From: Perna viridis
Lineage: Eukaryota
Direction of reading: 5' to 3'
DNA: 64,000 nucleotides
NCBI GenBank assembly: GCA_037379345.1
Contig: CM074513.1
Coordinates: 60,057,195 to 60,121,194, forward strand
Shown: piece after piece, positions 39,229 through 52,143 of the stretch
Position numbering within the stretch: the stretch's first letter is position 1
Layout of the letters: each line of letters begins with the position of its first letter
Program-made: the position numbers and the translations under genes
Notes under the pieces: model-generated
Told to the model about the DNA's origin: nothing
Seen by the model: the letters and a program-made list of their open reading frames with translations, nothing else
Databases searched by the model: none

Positions 39229-41654
39229 CTCGAATGTAAGCAAATTAAACTTGTAATAAAATCACAACAAAATTATTATGATGTATAAAAATGACAGTAA
39301 TTTTCAAATTAAAAAATAGTATAAAAGCCACGTGATTTACAACAGATGTCTTCACAGCTAATACATATCACCTGCCTTATTCAAGTGTGAACAATGTGTA
39401 ACTTTAAAAAAAATGAAATGATAAATTCATGACTGACGCTTAGTACCATTTATAATTTATCCTCCACGTTAAAAAAAAAAAAAACAAACAACTTATCCAA
39501 CTGCAATATACAAAAATTCATAAAGGTAAGTTTAGGTCAAAAACCTTCTCATGTTTTCTTTCTTTCTTTTTTTAGTAAATGCTCTTTGGAAACATTTTAT
39601 GCATCTCCTTACCCGACCCTATCTCCTGGCTTTGGGTAGGTAGGCAGGAAAACATTTCTCCCAAAAGTTTATATGATTCTGTAAAAACCATGATCAAAGA
39701 AGTTAAAAATGTGGCTTTGAAAATTTTGTAAAAATGTCAGAGAATGGCAATAAAATTATTTGAGAAGTGCCATTGTTTTGGTACTTAGGGTAAGGGTAAA
39801 CAAACTTCAGGCAATCTAGAATTCTGCAACCATCGACAAATACTCATTCTTAAACAGTTGACCATAAATGTATAAGTTAACCAAACAAGCATGAACAAAA
39901 GAGAGAAAACAATAAGACAGGAATATTTTGGGACTCGCCCTGACAGTTAACTATCCAACTCATGTGAAAATATTGGAGCATTAAGAAAGTAGTGTGCGAT
40001 AAACTAGAACACACCGTCAAATCCTGTGTGAAAAGTATGTAGATAATATATCGAACGAGCCTGGAAAATCGAGATAAACCCTGTTAAAGGGTAGAAAGAT
40101 CTGAAGTGTCGGCTCCCTCCAGAAAAAAGAAAAAATAATTAATTTCCAGTTAATTGCCTTTTTAGTCAAATGAGGCAGGTGCTTCAACAGGATGTTCTCT
40201 AAACAAACCCTGCACACTGCTCTGGGTCAAATGGTCAACATAGCTATTGAATGGTGTATCTTCATTTAAGCCATTTATTCGTTCGGTGAACAAAGCGTTG
40301 ACACAGAAGAGATGATTGTCCTGACAACCTAAACACACAATTTATTGAGTTTAAAAAGGATTGATTAGAAATTGTAGTTTGAAGGCATTGGATGAGAAAG
40401 TAGAATCTCGATTTTGTCGTTTTATGCGGTCATGCACAACTGGATAGCATTTGACTTAAATTTTCTCATCTTAATTTGTAGTATGTAATTGTCCATATTC
40501 TGAATAGAGACATGTCATTAATTTGGCGGACGGGTAGGAGAAAGAAACTAGTTTTATTGTAGGATTCGGCTAGTCGACGACAACCCCGACCGAATACAGA
40601 GGTCCGTCCAGCACGTCTTGACAGTAGCAATGACAGCTTCGTGGCAGTGTGTGTGGTTTCTACTAAGGTTTGAAACTCTCCACTTCAAACCAACGACAGC
40701 AAAAATGTCACCCAGTCTCACTACCAAAATGAACAGGAAACGTCCCCTGTCTGTTGATTACACGTGGGTGTCATAATTACAATCGATTAACACTATGACA
40801 TTATCTCCGATAATGACCAGGTAATATTAATGGCACACCGACCTCCCTTTATTTGAACTAGACCATTGTCAAAGTTTGTAACTATTTAAACATTCTGATT
40901 TTGACAAAGGATGTTTTTGTTTATTTTGTAAATAACTGATTTACATTGTCATTCGAAGAGCAGTGAAGTATTTTATTTGTTCTAAGTCTGGCATTAACCG
41001 ATACACATAGTTTGTGTAACGATTAATTGGTTAGCATATGTGGTTCACATGTACTTCTACATATATTAATGTTTACAATGAACAAGAAAGACAATTTTGA
41101 AGCACATTTTCTTTAGTGTTGTAACTTGCATTCAGACCGGAGTGACATGGCTTCTTAATTCGCAAAGGTTTAATAGTTTTTAATTCCCCTCTTTGTATTG
41201 GTGTCTGACCAGCTTATGAACCATGAACCAGAGTTACTATGATATACTCAGAAATCACATTAACTACGAGCAGAAAATGATTTAATATTTTAGTCCAAAC
41301 AATCTGTTTTATAACTCTACTGGTCTTTCTGGGACTATTTTGAGGCGTCCTTCTTGGCCTATTTGGAGACGTTTCTTCTAAGGTAATGTATTGTCTTCTT
41401 AGGTCCCTCCTACACTGACATACAGTATATTGTGTTCTCGAGAATGGCAACATCCTCCCTCTGTCGGTTGGGTCCAAACGAGTAGACCTGGTTAAAGACA
41501 AGAAGGAAGATCCTCACTCTGACGGTCAGGTTCGTAAGTAAAGAAAACAAATAATGTTAGTGGTTAGTAGAACCAACTAGTGTTGGTGGCGAAACCCATC
41601 CTTCAGGATACCTGACTGAAGAACTCGGTCAGAGTAATTAAGTCCTACTAGCGG

Positions 41655-43950
41655 CTTCAGTGGCCCTGTATGGTGCCAGTTTTAACCCTTCAGTGGCCCT
41701 GTATGGTGCCAGTTTTAACTCTTCAGTGGCCCTGTATGGTGCCAGTTTTAACTCTTCAGTGGCCCTGTATGGTGCCAGTTTTAACCCTTCAGTGGCCTTG
41801 TATGGTGCAAGTTTTAACCCTTCATGGTGCCAGATTTAACCCTTCAGTGCACTGTATGGTGCCAGTTTTAACCCTTCCGTGGCCCTGTATGGTGCCAGGT
41901 TTAACCCTTCAGTGGCCTTGTATGGTGCCAGTTTTAACCCTTCATGGTGCCAGATTTAACCCTTCACTGCACTGTATGGTGCCAGTTTTAACCCTTCCGT
42001 GGCCCTGTTTGGTGCCAGTTTTAACCCTTCAGTGGCCTTGTATGATGCCAGTTTTAACCCTTCATGGTGCCAGTTTTAACCCTTCAGTGGCCTTGTATGG
42101 TGCCAGATTTAACCCTTCAGTGCACTCTATGGTGCCAGTTTTAACCCTTCAGTGGCCTTGTATGGTGCCAGATTTAACCCTTCAGTGGCCCTGTATGGTG
42201 CCAGTTTTAACCCTTCAATGGCCCTGTATGGTGCCAATTTTAACCCTTCAGTGGCCCTGTATGGTGCCAGTTTTAACCCTTCATGGTGCCAGATTTAACC
42301 CTTCAGTGCACTGTATGGTGCCAGTTTTAACCCTTCCGTGGCCCTGTATGGTGCCAGTTTTAACCCTTCAGTGGCCTTGTATGGTGCCAGTTTTAACCCT
42401 TCATTGTGCCAGATTTAACCCTTCAGTGCACTCTATGGTGCCAGTTTTAACCCTTCAATGGCCTTGTATGGTGCCAGTTTTAACCCTTCCGTGGCCCTGT
42501 ATGGTGCCAGTTTTAACCCTTCAGTGGCCTTGTATGGTGCCAGTTTTAACCCTTCATGGTGCCAGATTTAACCCTTCAGTGCACTGTATGGTGCCAGTTT
42601 TAACCCTTCCGTGGCCCTGTTTGGTGCCAGTTTTAACCCTTCATTGTGCCAGATTTAACCCTTCAGTGCACTCTATGGTGCCAGTTTTAACCCTTCAGTG
42701 GCCTTGTATGGTGCCAGTTTTAACCCTTCAGTGGCCCTGTATGGTGCCAGTTTTAACCCTTCAGTGGCCCTGTATGGTGCCAGTTTTAACCCTTCAGTGG
42801 CCCTGTTTGGTGCCAGTTTCAACCCTTCAGTGGCCTTGTATGGTGCCAGTTTTAACCCTTCATGGTGCCAGATTTAACCCTTCAGTGCACTGTATGGTGC
42901 CAGTTTTAACCCTTCCGTGGCCCTGTATGGTGCCAGTCTTAACCCTTCAGTGGCCTTGTATGGTGCCAGTTTTAACCCTTCATGGTGCCAGATTTAACCC
43001 TTCAGTGCACTGTATGGTGCCAGTTTTAACCCTTCCGTGGCCCTGTTTGGTGCCAGTTTTAACCCTTCAGTGGCCTTGTATGGTGCCAGTTTTAACCCTT
43101 CATTGTGCCAGATTTAACCCTTCAGTGCACTCTATGGTGCCAGTTTTAACCCTTCAGTGGCCTTGTATGGTGCCAGTTTTAACCCTTCAGTGGCCCTGTA
43201 TGGTGCCAGTTTTAACCCTTCAATGGCCCTGTATGGTGCCAATTTTAACCCTTCAGTGGCCCTGTATGGTGCCAATTTTAACCCTTCAGTGGCCCTGTAT
43301 GGTGCCAGTTTTAACCCTTCATGGTGCCAGATTTAACCCTTCAGTGCACTGTATGGTGCCAGTTTTAACCCTTCCGTGGCCCTGTATGGTGCCAGTTTTA
43401 ACCCTTCAGTGGCCTTGTATGGTGCCAGTTTTAACCCTTCATGGTGCCAGATTTAACCCTTCAGTGGCCCTGTATGGTGCCAGTTTTAACCCTTCCGTGG
43501 CCCTGTTTGGTGCCAGTTTTAACCCTTCATTGTGCCAGATTTAACCCCTCAGTGCACTCTATGGTGCCAGTTTTAACCCTTCAGTGGCCTTGTATGGTGC
43601 CAGTTTTAACCCTTCAGTGGCCCTGTATGGTGCCAGTTTTAACCCTTCAGTGGCCCTGTATGGTGCCAGTTTTAACCCTTCAGTGGCCCTGTTTGGTGCC
43701 AGTTTTAACCCTTCAGTGGCCTTGTATGGTGCCAGTTTTAACCCTTCATGGTGCCAGATTTAACCCTTCAGTGCACTGTATGGTGCCAGTTTTAACCCTT
43801 CAGTGGCCCTGTTTGGTGCCAGTTTTAACCCTTCAGTGGCCTTGTATGGTGCCAGTTTTAACCCTTCATGGTGCCAGATTTAACCCTTCAGTGGCCCTGT
43901 ATGGTGCCAGTTTTAACCCTTCAATGGCCCTGTATGGTGCCAGATTAAAC
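41655..43950. repeat. 33-bp minisatellite with 22-bp and 32-bp variants in higher-order blocks (~75 units)
   Basis: Unit CAGTGGCCCTGTATGGTGCCAGTTTTAACCCTT; variants CATGGTGCCAGATTTAACCCTT and CAGTGCACTGTATGG... Confidence 0.96.
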
Positions 43951-44978
43951 CGTATGGTGTTATTATATACCACTGAACCATAATGCACATATTGGCACTC
44001 GTTCACGGACCATTTTAACCTGGGACAGGGAGATGTCACGGGGTTTCACTCCTGACCATTTCTAGGTACCTGTCACTAAAAAATGGTAAAATTATGTACA
44101 CAAAAGTTAAAAACAAGCTTTTTAATCTCACTTTTCATCTTTTCATGACTTAAGTAATTCTTAATAAGGACTAAAGATACGGACATTTTAGAGAATAAGC
44201 AGATATTGTTCATTATAACAACAATCGGTTTGTTTTCAGGGCTGCATTATTGTGATTCTTCTTACTTATTTACTGTAAAGGTATTCATTTAATTAATCCA
44301 CCCATTGTGAAATTCTGTGTATTGGGTGTATCAGACAAACAAAGAGTAACTGTGAAGTATTTTATTGTGGTTGACTTGTTTTGAATATAACATCAGTTAA
44401 ATTTTCTCTCTAAGTGTACGAAGGCAACTCATTCGAATGGCACAGTATATCAAATGTCAAAACATTGCACCATTAGAAGGTTCATTCCCTATTTTTAGAT
44501 GGTGCCGTCCCCTTGTCACCATCATATCACAAATGGTCCGATTTGCTCGTACTTGTAACAACGTTCCGGATTTAACGAAAATCATCTTTACATCAAGGTT
44601 TTCGATATCACAAGCTTGTAAAGACATTCACAAATTTTTCAACCGATACAAGGAACTCGCTCTCAAATACAGATGTACTTGTAAAAGATTAATACGTACA
44701 GATGTCTCTCACCTTTGTTTTACGGTAATTATAAAATAAAAAAAAATAATAAATTCTAGTAATATAATATTCTACACAAAGCACGGACTTGAAGCTCAAT
44801 ACTCACCAATAAGTTAACGAAACCGTTGAATAGTCATATCCGTAAGGGATATAGTTAAGATGATATTATTGTCAAATCGTTAAGGGTAGAATTTTTTTGT
44901 ATTAACAATGATTCGCTCATAGGGTCTTTACATAGAAATATAAACACTGTATCTAAAAACAGTTTTGGCATGACTTGG

Positions 44979-45495
44979 TTGATTGATTAATTGTTGGGGT
45001 TAAACGCCCGAGCAGCAATATTTCAGCTATATTCAGGCGATGAACATGAAAGGGATAAAATGAACATGAAATGATGATGAAATGAAAAAAAAGGGATGGG
45101 ACACAAGGACAATATGGTCGACAAATTTTGATTGGCACAAGAAAAAAAGGGAGGGATAGGTAGGGTCGGGCAATTTAGCCTCCTGTGGCGGAAAGGTTCC
45201 TACTCCTATCGAAATACCACGGCATGGTTCTTTAACGTGCGAGGAACGTGGCATCTTTCCAAACACGGTGCATCACTATGGTTTGCGGTCAGGTTTTCCG
45301 TGTTATAGCCTGACAACCCCAATATGTAACACGCCAGGGGTATCCCATTCCACCACCTGGGGCACACATCCCAGTTGCTCTGTGGGCAGAGCGCCCAGCC
45401 CCCGGCTAGGTTTCTGAGCACTATTTAGTCGCCTTTTACGACAAGCTTAGCGGTGCTGCAGGCCTATTCTTTTGACACCCGGACTTGCACAGGGT
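44979..45495 (-). mobile_element. Full-length SINE-like retroposon, copy 1 (non-tRNA structured head, GCACGTTAAAGAACC central block, I/Nimb-type tail)
   Basis: 12-13-bp TSD (T)GGCATGACTTGG at 44966-44978 and 45495-45507; (CAAT)n tail; homologous end to end with 61117-61653. Confidence 0.9.
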
Positions 45496-45840
45496 GGCAT
45501 GACTTGGGTAGTGCCCTTATTGTATGACTTATGATGTACCGTGCCAAGATGCTCAAGCCAGGATGGGAAGAATTGGGATTGATTTTACATACGATGGGGA
45601 CATAATTTTTTGTAGGTTTAAACTGGTGTGGAGCTGGCATGTCAATTCACTGCTAGTAGTCCTTAGCTTGTACATTTGTGTAATTTATACTAAGTTTCTT
45701 TATTTCCGTTGTAACAAGGGACTCATACCTTTTTGAACTGATATTTAGGTGTGTTTAATTGTGACATATTTTTTTTTAAAGGTGAAGGGTTGTGATCACG
45801 CCAAAGTACTTTAACCCCGCCGCATTTTTGCCCCTGTCCC

Positions 45841-46371
45841 AAGAGTAATCAAGGAAACCAAGGTTATAGCGGTAATCATAAATCGGTTTTCATGGTTCAG
45901 ATGGATACACCATAACGATTCATTAGTTCATGATGACGACCATAAAACTTCTGTAGTGATGACTTTAATCTTGTAGCAACATAACCCTGTTCAGAAGCCT
46001 ATTTGTCAGACTTCTAGCATGATACAAAAAGTCTGCGTAGTTTCGGCAAGCTCTGGCATAACGTATGAGCTGTGATATGAACACTCCATACGCAGGTGCT
46101 GAAGGGATGTTGCCACAGATGAAAGGAAAGTTGACAGTTCTGAATGAAAAGTCATCACTTTTGTCGTAAAGTTCGGTCAGTAGTTTTCCTTTACCATCGA
46201 TTTCTAAGTATAGGTCAAGGTATGAGGCTGACTTCACAGTGTCTATAGTATCCTCTATCTAAAGTTCCTTGGGGTAGATGCGATGTATCAAATCCCGGAA
46301 ATTAGGGTTGTTTAAAGATAATACGTCATCTATATAACGGAAACTGAGATCAAAGGATCTAGCCAAACGAT
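45841..46371 (-). mobile_element. Penelope-like family 1, copy C (3' UTR partly deleted)
   Basis: FRYIDDV at ~46323-46342; KSASYLDLYLEIDGKGKLLTELYDK..PAYGVFISQLIRYARAC; ends TTGATTACTCTT. Confidence 0.88.
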
Positions 46372-46997
46372 ATAGGAATTTCTGGCCTCTGTATGTCTTG
46401 TTTCGTTTTCATCTGTAGTTTTATTTTTATGTTACTTGAATATGTAGGGGTAACTCTTTCGCTGTACCTGTGTATAACGATGTTTTGGGGCCAGCTGAAG
46501 TCTGCCTTGTGGTATGAGTATTTTCTCGTCGTTCATTGAAGACAAATGGGTGGCCTTTGGCTGACATTTTCTTCCTGGTGGGGTTGTTGTCTCTTTGACT
46601 TATACACCGTACCTATTCTTTTTATATTATAAGAAGTATGTGTATAGATAACAAATTATCAGGCAACTAAATTCATATATCCTCATTTTCATCTTTTTAG
46701 TCGAATTGGAAAAAAAAAAAACAACTAATTTTGAAAAAAAAGAATAAGCTAAATTGCAAATACTTGTTTGAATAGTGTAATAGCTACAAAACGATAATTG
46801 ACCATAATAAAATTAATTTATGAATTAAGAAGCAGATTTAACAATACTCTACACAATCAAGAACATAATATCTACGGTGATTAATGGAATGTGGTAACAA
46901 CATATTTTGCTCGAATTTGGGATAATATTATAAATTTCAAATACTGAATAATAGTCCCCATCCCTCGATATAAAAATGATCGCTCCGGTGCCTTTTA

Positions 46998-48805
46998 GGT
47001 TACAGACCACCAATTCAACCAATGAGCATTTGGAACGTAGCAAAAATAGTCCTACGCAGAAATTACCCCTGTTCCTCATAGTGCTGTGAAAAAAAGTTCT
47101 CATCTTATTTAAAAAATTTAAAGAGTTTCTGAAAGGAAAAACATTTCCGTACATTTTATAGGTGCATTTTGCTTCTTGTGATGTGAAGCCTAATCTCCAT
47201 AATGATTTTTAAATATACCCCTATCTTGTGAAAACACTGGGATTTCCCATGCTATTTATAGACCCTTCACTTCCGGTGACCAGTACTGCACTGCAAGTCT
47301 GCTAACCCCACATGCCATTCTGAGGATTGTGAGCTGACATATGTAGAATCATGCTGATATATAGTCCTCTGCAGGCTAAAGTTAAGGTAAAGTCCAAAGA
47401 AGCCATTGAATATTGTGAAATTAGCATAGAAGCCTATGGGAAGTGGAATTAGTGGTTTTTAGCCTTTAAGATGAAGCCATGGCAAAATGAAAAGTTTCTT
47501 GAAATAGCTTTAAACTACTTGAAGATCTTGTTAAATTTGCCATGAGAGGAATACACTACAAAAATCCTTCAAAATATGCATTTTTTTTTAAGCTATAGGT
47601 CCAAATTATGGAAAATTGGTCTTTTTGGCTGATTTTTATGTCCTATCTTGTAAAAAGTGTAGAAAATTTAGTAAAAATATCAAATATTAAACTTTGAGGG
47701 CTATATTTACCTAAATATGGTGGTAATAAGCACTTGAAATCAAGTTTTGTGTAGATTTGAGCAAAAATTAGGTTAGAAATGAGGAAAAACTCACTTTCAA
47801 TACAGCGGTTAAGGCCATATAAGCATTCCCCTATGGCAACATGGAAAATCCATTATTGAGCACTTTTTTTGCTTTAGGTGCCCTTTACTGGTCATGTTTG
47901 AATGTGAAAACACTGTATTTACAAATTTAAAGCCAAATATATCACCTTTTGTGAAAATTTAAAGATTTAGGATTTTTGACATGTGATCAAGAAAAAGGGG
48001 GAGGCATGTCAGAAATAAATTTTTAAAAATAGACCAATTTCTCAGAAAATGATTACTTTTAAAACTATTTCTTCATTAATATTGTTAAAAAAACAAGTTG
48101 TGATTGATATTTTTATTTGAAAAGTCAGAAAAAGTTCTTTGCAAATATTTAATGCATTTAAGTATGGTAGAATATTGTCACTTTTTTGCTCGCACAACTT
48201 GGTTACCCTATATTTAAAAATCAAATATTTAAAAAAGTGCTTGTCACATTTCACTGAAACTTTGCAAATGCATTCAGTATGTGTGTAGGAAGATACCTGT
48301 ATAGTTATTTATTTTTTCTAAGACAAAAAGTGACTCTTTAGGTTACAGACCACCAATTCAACCAATGAGCATTTGGAACGTAGCAAAAATAGTCCTACGC
48401 AGAAATTACCCCTGTTCCTCATAGTGCTGTGAAAAAAAGTTCTCATCTTATTTAAAAAATTTAAAGAGTTTCTGAAAGGAAAAACATTTCTGTACATTTT
48501 ATAGGTGCATTTTGCTTCTTGTGATGTGAAGCCTAATCTCCATAATGATTTTTAAATATACCCCTATCTTGTGAAAACACTGGGATTTCCCATGCTATTT
48601 ATAGACCCTTCACTTCCGGTGACCAGTACTGCACTGCAAGTCTGCTAACCCCACATGCCATTCTGAGGATTGTGAGCTGACATATGTAGAATCATGCTGA
48701 TATATAGCTCTGCAGGTTAAAGTTAAGGTAAAGTCCAGAGAAGCCATTGAATATTGTGAAATTAGCATAGAAGCCTATGGGAAGTGGAATTAGTGGTTTT
48801 TAGCC
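46998..48805. mobile_element. Composite-like non-autonomous DNA transposon (KolobokP-like): LTDR 46998-47464, 876-bp internal region, LTDR 48341-48805
   Basis: Two ~467-bp direct repeats differing by about 3 substitutions and a 2-bp indel. Each has imperfect TIRs GGTTACAGACCACCAATTC / GAATTAGTGGTTTTTAGCC and TTTA/TTAA-type flanks. No TG..CA ends. Confidence 0.85.
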
Positions 48806-50549
48806 TTAAGTCAGACGAAACAAGAGGTATCGGGTGGAAAGATATTTACCTGTTAAAAAGTTAATAAATGGGAAAACGCATGTCAATATGTGATACGTTC
48901 GACTTAACTTGGAATGATCGCATTATTGTTAAAATTGAAGAAAAATAACTACATAGTAAAAAAGCCGATATTTTATATAATATGAATATACTAAAGAACT
49001 GTAATAATTTCTGATTTATATGCCACTCTAAAGAATATTAATATTAAAAAAAAATAAAAAAGCATAGAGCACACCTTTCGAGTTGAATCATTTTAAGACG
49101 GAAAACTTTTCTTTCATTATTTTAAATCATTTCAGTGCGTCACAATTCAAATTTCCCTGATTGTGAATCGAACAAAAACTTTTAACAAAAAAGATAGGTA
49201 GTGAAAAAAAATGAATTCACAATTGTGATCTTGAAAAAAAAAACGTACATTTATAAAAATCGGATTGCTATCATGATTTCCAACTAAAACGTTTCATCAT
49301 CATTCTGTGGAGAATTTACACAATGAATTTTGCAATAAAATCGGTTTTTTTTTTTTCAGTTTTTAGATCAAAACAGGTTTTTTAAGTCTCAGAAATAGGA
49401 ATTCACAAATTTTCAATTTTTGTCGAAAACTGATCTTCACCATTACCTTTGCATTGCGTAAAATATCTGCAATTTAAAGGATTTGAAGTTTTGTTACTAT
49501 TGAATTTAAACGGGTATACACAGTTTCTTTTTTCCATTAGTATATATAAGTAATACCGTTCAAATAACAAATAATGAAATAGCTCAGACCAACAATCCTA
49601 AATCCTTTACTGGAATGTCTCTTTTGTGTCTTCCGTGTTAGTAACATCTGTTCTCCAAGGTTAAGGGTGGACGAGGCCGTCAAAGATGGTAAAAAATTAA
49701 TTCTTCGATTCAGAATAAATTGGACAGGTTTATTTTCATATTTACAAAAGATTTTTCACCTGTATGTTAATGCAAAAGGTGAATTAAAGTTTCTTGACAT
49801 TGTGATTCAATGTTCTGTCAGACAGACGGTGTTGTGACGTCAAAGCAGGTGAAACTTTCTTGATTATTTTTTTGGTGGAAAATCAATTGAATATTACTTT
49901 GTGTTAAAAAGAGTCTTCAAGCGAGGCATAAGATATTAATCTAATATGTTTTCCTGTAAGTGTGACCAACAATGGGGGGTCGCGTAAGATAAGAAAAGAA
50001 GGTAAACAAATACCTCGATTAAAAATGCCTATGGCACGCGCCAAGTACAGACGAACAAAGAAAGGCGCTTAAAAAGATAATTGCTTTGTATTGGTATACC
50101 TTAAGCAGGTGCTAGGTCGTACGCGGTAAGACAGGTAAAGAACAGATGGCTTACGACTGAAGAATGTAAAATGATAATTTAACAATTACATGTGACACGA
50201 CAGCTATATAGCAATGAGGATTCATTTCATTGAATTGAATTTAAATTTAAAGCCTCTACGTTAAAGGGGGCTCCATCATATCGGCATACATACATATACA
50301 TGTATATCAAACTTGTGAATTTTGAAAATAAAAGGTAGTTCTTAGAATCGATTAAAATAGACAATTTGGAGACAAAAGTATGAAAAAAATTATGATATGA
50401 TATTCAAAGTAAGATTTGTTTTTGTTTAAAAGTATAGTAGAAAATTTTCAGCAATTTCTTGAGTCTAGACATACCTATTTTTTTTTTTGGGGGGGCTCCG
50501 TTTTTGATTGATGTTGATGGTGTACAGTGTTTTTGGTATGTTTGTAGAA

Positions 50550-51115
50550 GCGCTGGATGATCCAAGAGCAGTCAAATTTCAGTGGGGCCCGCCCCCTTAG
50601 AAAATTGTTGAAAAATTGTTCAAGATACCCTCAGAATGTAGGATTTGAGGTTTAATATTTCAAAATTTTCTTCGGGGGAGGGGGGGGGGGTGGCATGCCC
50701 AATACCCCCGTAGCGAAGTCGGATCACTCCGTTATCCTCATCTGTTCAAGACTGTTTCATCTAAAAACATAATCGATTTCTTACGGGACATAGGTTTATT
50801 TAATAAAATCTAAATTTTGATGCCTTCCTTGATTTTTCAATTTTTTAATGTTTTATCGAGGTAATGTTTCTATGTGTGTTTTATGTCTTTGATTTATCTT
50901 TTACGTACCTTTTTATATGTAAATAACTTTTTGTTTTAATTTCATTATTTGAGACTTTGATCTTGCTTTGTTAAATATTCTTGCCGTGATATGGCCCTGG
51001 TCGCCGAAACGGCATTAAAAAATAACAAACAATCAATCAATCGTTATCCTCATCGGTGATCCTGTCAAGAATTTTTTTTTGGCCCCCCTTACCTAAAACT
51101 CTGGATCCGCCACTG
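50550..51115. mobile_element. Decayed GGATCCGCCACTG-ended MITE hosting a LINE-tail insertion
   Basis: Right end CTGGATCCGCCACTG at ~51101-51115; left end degenerate; internal G/C runs. Confidence 0.45.
50743..51041 (+). mobile_element. 5'-truncated I/Nimb-clade LINE 3' end
   Basis: 13-bp TSD CGTTATCCTCATC at 50730-50742 and 51042-51054. ORF2 C-terminus LFKTVSSKNIIDFLRDIGLFNKI*; GCCG..CGGC stem followed by a (CAAT)n tail. Confidence 0.82.
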
Positions 51116-51503
51116 AGTTTGTGGAGAATTACTACGTTCTATCTAGTACCAAGTTTTCTCAGTCTTAAGGTAAATAGAACTAACAATTGTTGCGAGGCTT
51201 TCCATCCACATTTCAGCAAAATATTTAACCGTAACAACCTAAAGATCTATGATATTACAAAATAAAAAAAAACAAAAACAAAAACAAAAACACAAAAACA
51301 GAAAAACAAAAAACAAATCCAAACCTTTAGTACATGCCGCCTCTGCGTTTGACAATAGAGGGAAAGGGAAAATGCAAGATGCGAAACATACAAAAGAAAT
51401 CTCATAAGAGCAGATTTTGTGACAGTAAATTATCCTGCTCGAAATCCTACTTCCACCTCCCTCTTTGCGATTGATTGCGTGCATAATAATGCATTTAATC
51501 CGG

Positions 51504-51778
51504 CTCACGGAAGGGGTTGTCTACCTCACGGAAGGAGTTGTCTAACTCACGGAACGGGTTATATAGCTCACGGAAGGGGTTGACTAGCTTATGGAAGGGG
51601 TTGTCTATCCAGCTCACAGAAGGGGTTGTCTAGCTCACGGGAGGGATTGTCTAGTTCACGGAGAGGTTGTCTAACTCACGGTAGGGGTTGTCTAGCTCAC
51701 GGAAGGAGTTGTCTAGCTCACGGAAGGGTTGTCTAGCTCATGGAAGGGATTGACTAAATCACGGTTGGGGTTGTCTAA
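51504..51778. repeat. 21-bp minisatellite (~13 units)
   Basis: Unit CTCACGGAAGGGGTTGTCTAG. Confidence 0.92.
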
Positions 51779-51980
51779 TTTATATACATTTTATTGCATT
51801 TACCTGTTTTTTTAAAATGTATTTTCTCTGGCTATACACATTTATCGGACAAGAGTTGACATGCTGTATAGAACTGATAGAAAACTAAAGGAGAAAGGGA
51901 GAAAAAAAAATCCAGAATATTAATCCTAGTTCTTAAAACATTAATTTCCGACATATATGGCCTTCTCAGACAAGGAGAGC

Positions 51981-52143
51981 AAGGTACCATTTGATTTTTT
52001 TTTTTGGGGGGGGGCAGGATTACATTTCTACCATGCCTCTTTATTATGATAAATTATAGTTCCTGCATTTATTTTTTTTTTTTAACCTTTTCATTTCAAA
52101 TTTGACCCTAGAGCCCCCTACCACCCCATAAAAATCAAATAAC
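51981..52143. mobile_element. Small MITE-like element
   Basis: ACCATTTGATTTTT..GGGGG / CCCCATAAAAATCAAAT inverted ends. Confidence 0.5.

Larger units (their letters stand above)
44420..46625 (+). mobile_element. Older Penelope-like element (family 2): decayed RT-thumb end and probable 3' region, interrupted by a SINE and a family-1 copy
   Basis: FLDGAVP..SQMVRFARTCNNV.D..KFFNRYKEL at ~44490-44660. Downstream non-coding blocks flank the insertions (GTCCCAAG before 45841, AGGAA after 46371). The extent is inferred. Confidence 0.55.

Noticed and set aside
41585-41640. Hammerhead-like GAAAC...CTGAAGA-ACTC..GAGT
   Set aside because: No GAAA after the putative stem II and no properly placed NUH cleavage triplet.
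41670-43983. 624-aa and 180-aa ORFs (MVPVLTLQWPC)n
   Set aside because: Read-through of a 33-bp minisatellite; the frame breaks inside the array and there is no unique domain.
46998-48805. LTR retrotransposon or TRIM
   Set aside because: The repeats lack TG..CA ends and carry their own TIRs with TTAA-like flanks; I saw no PBS or gag/pol remnants.
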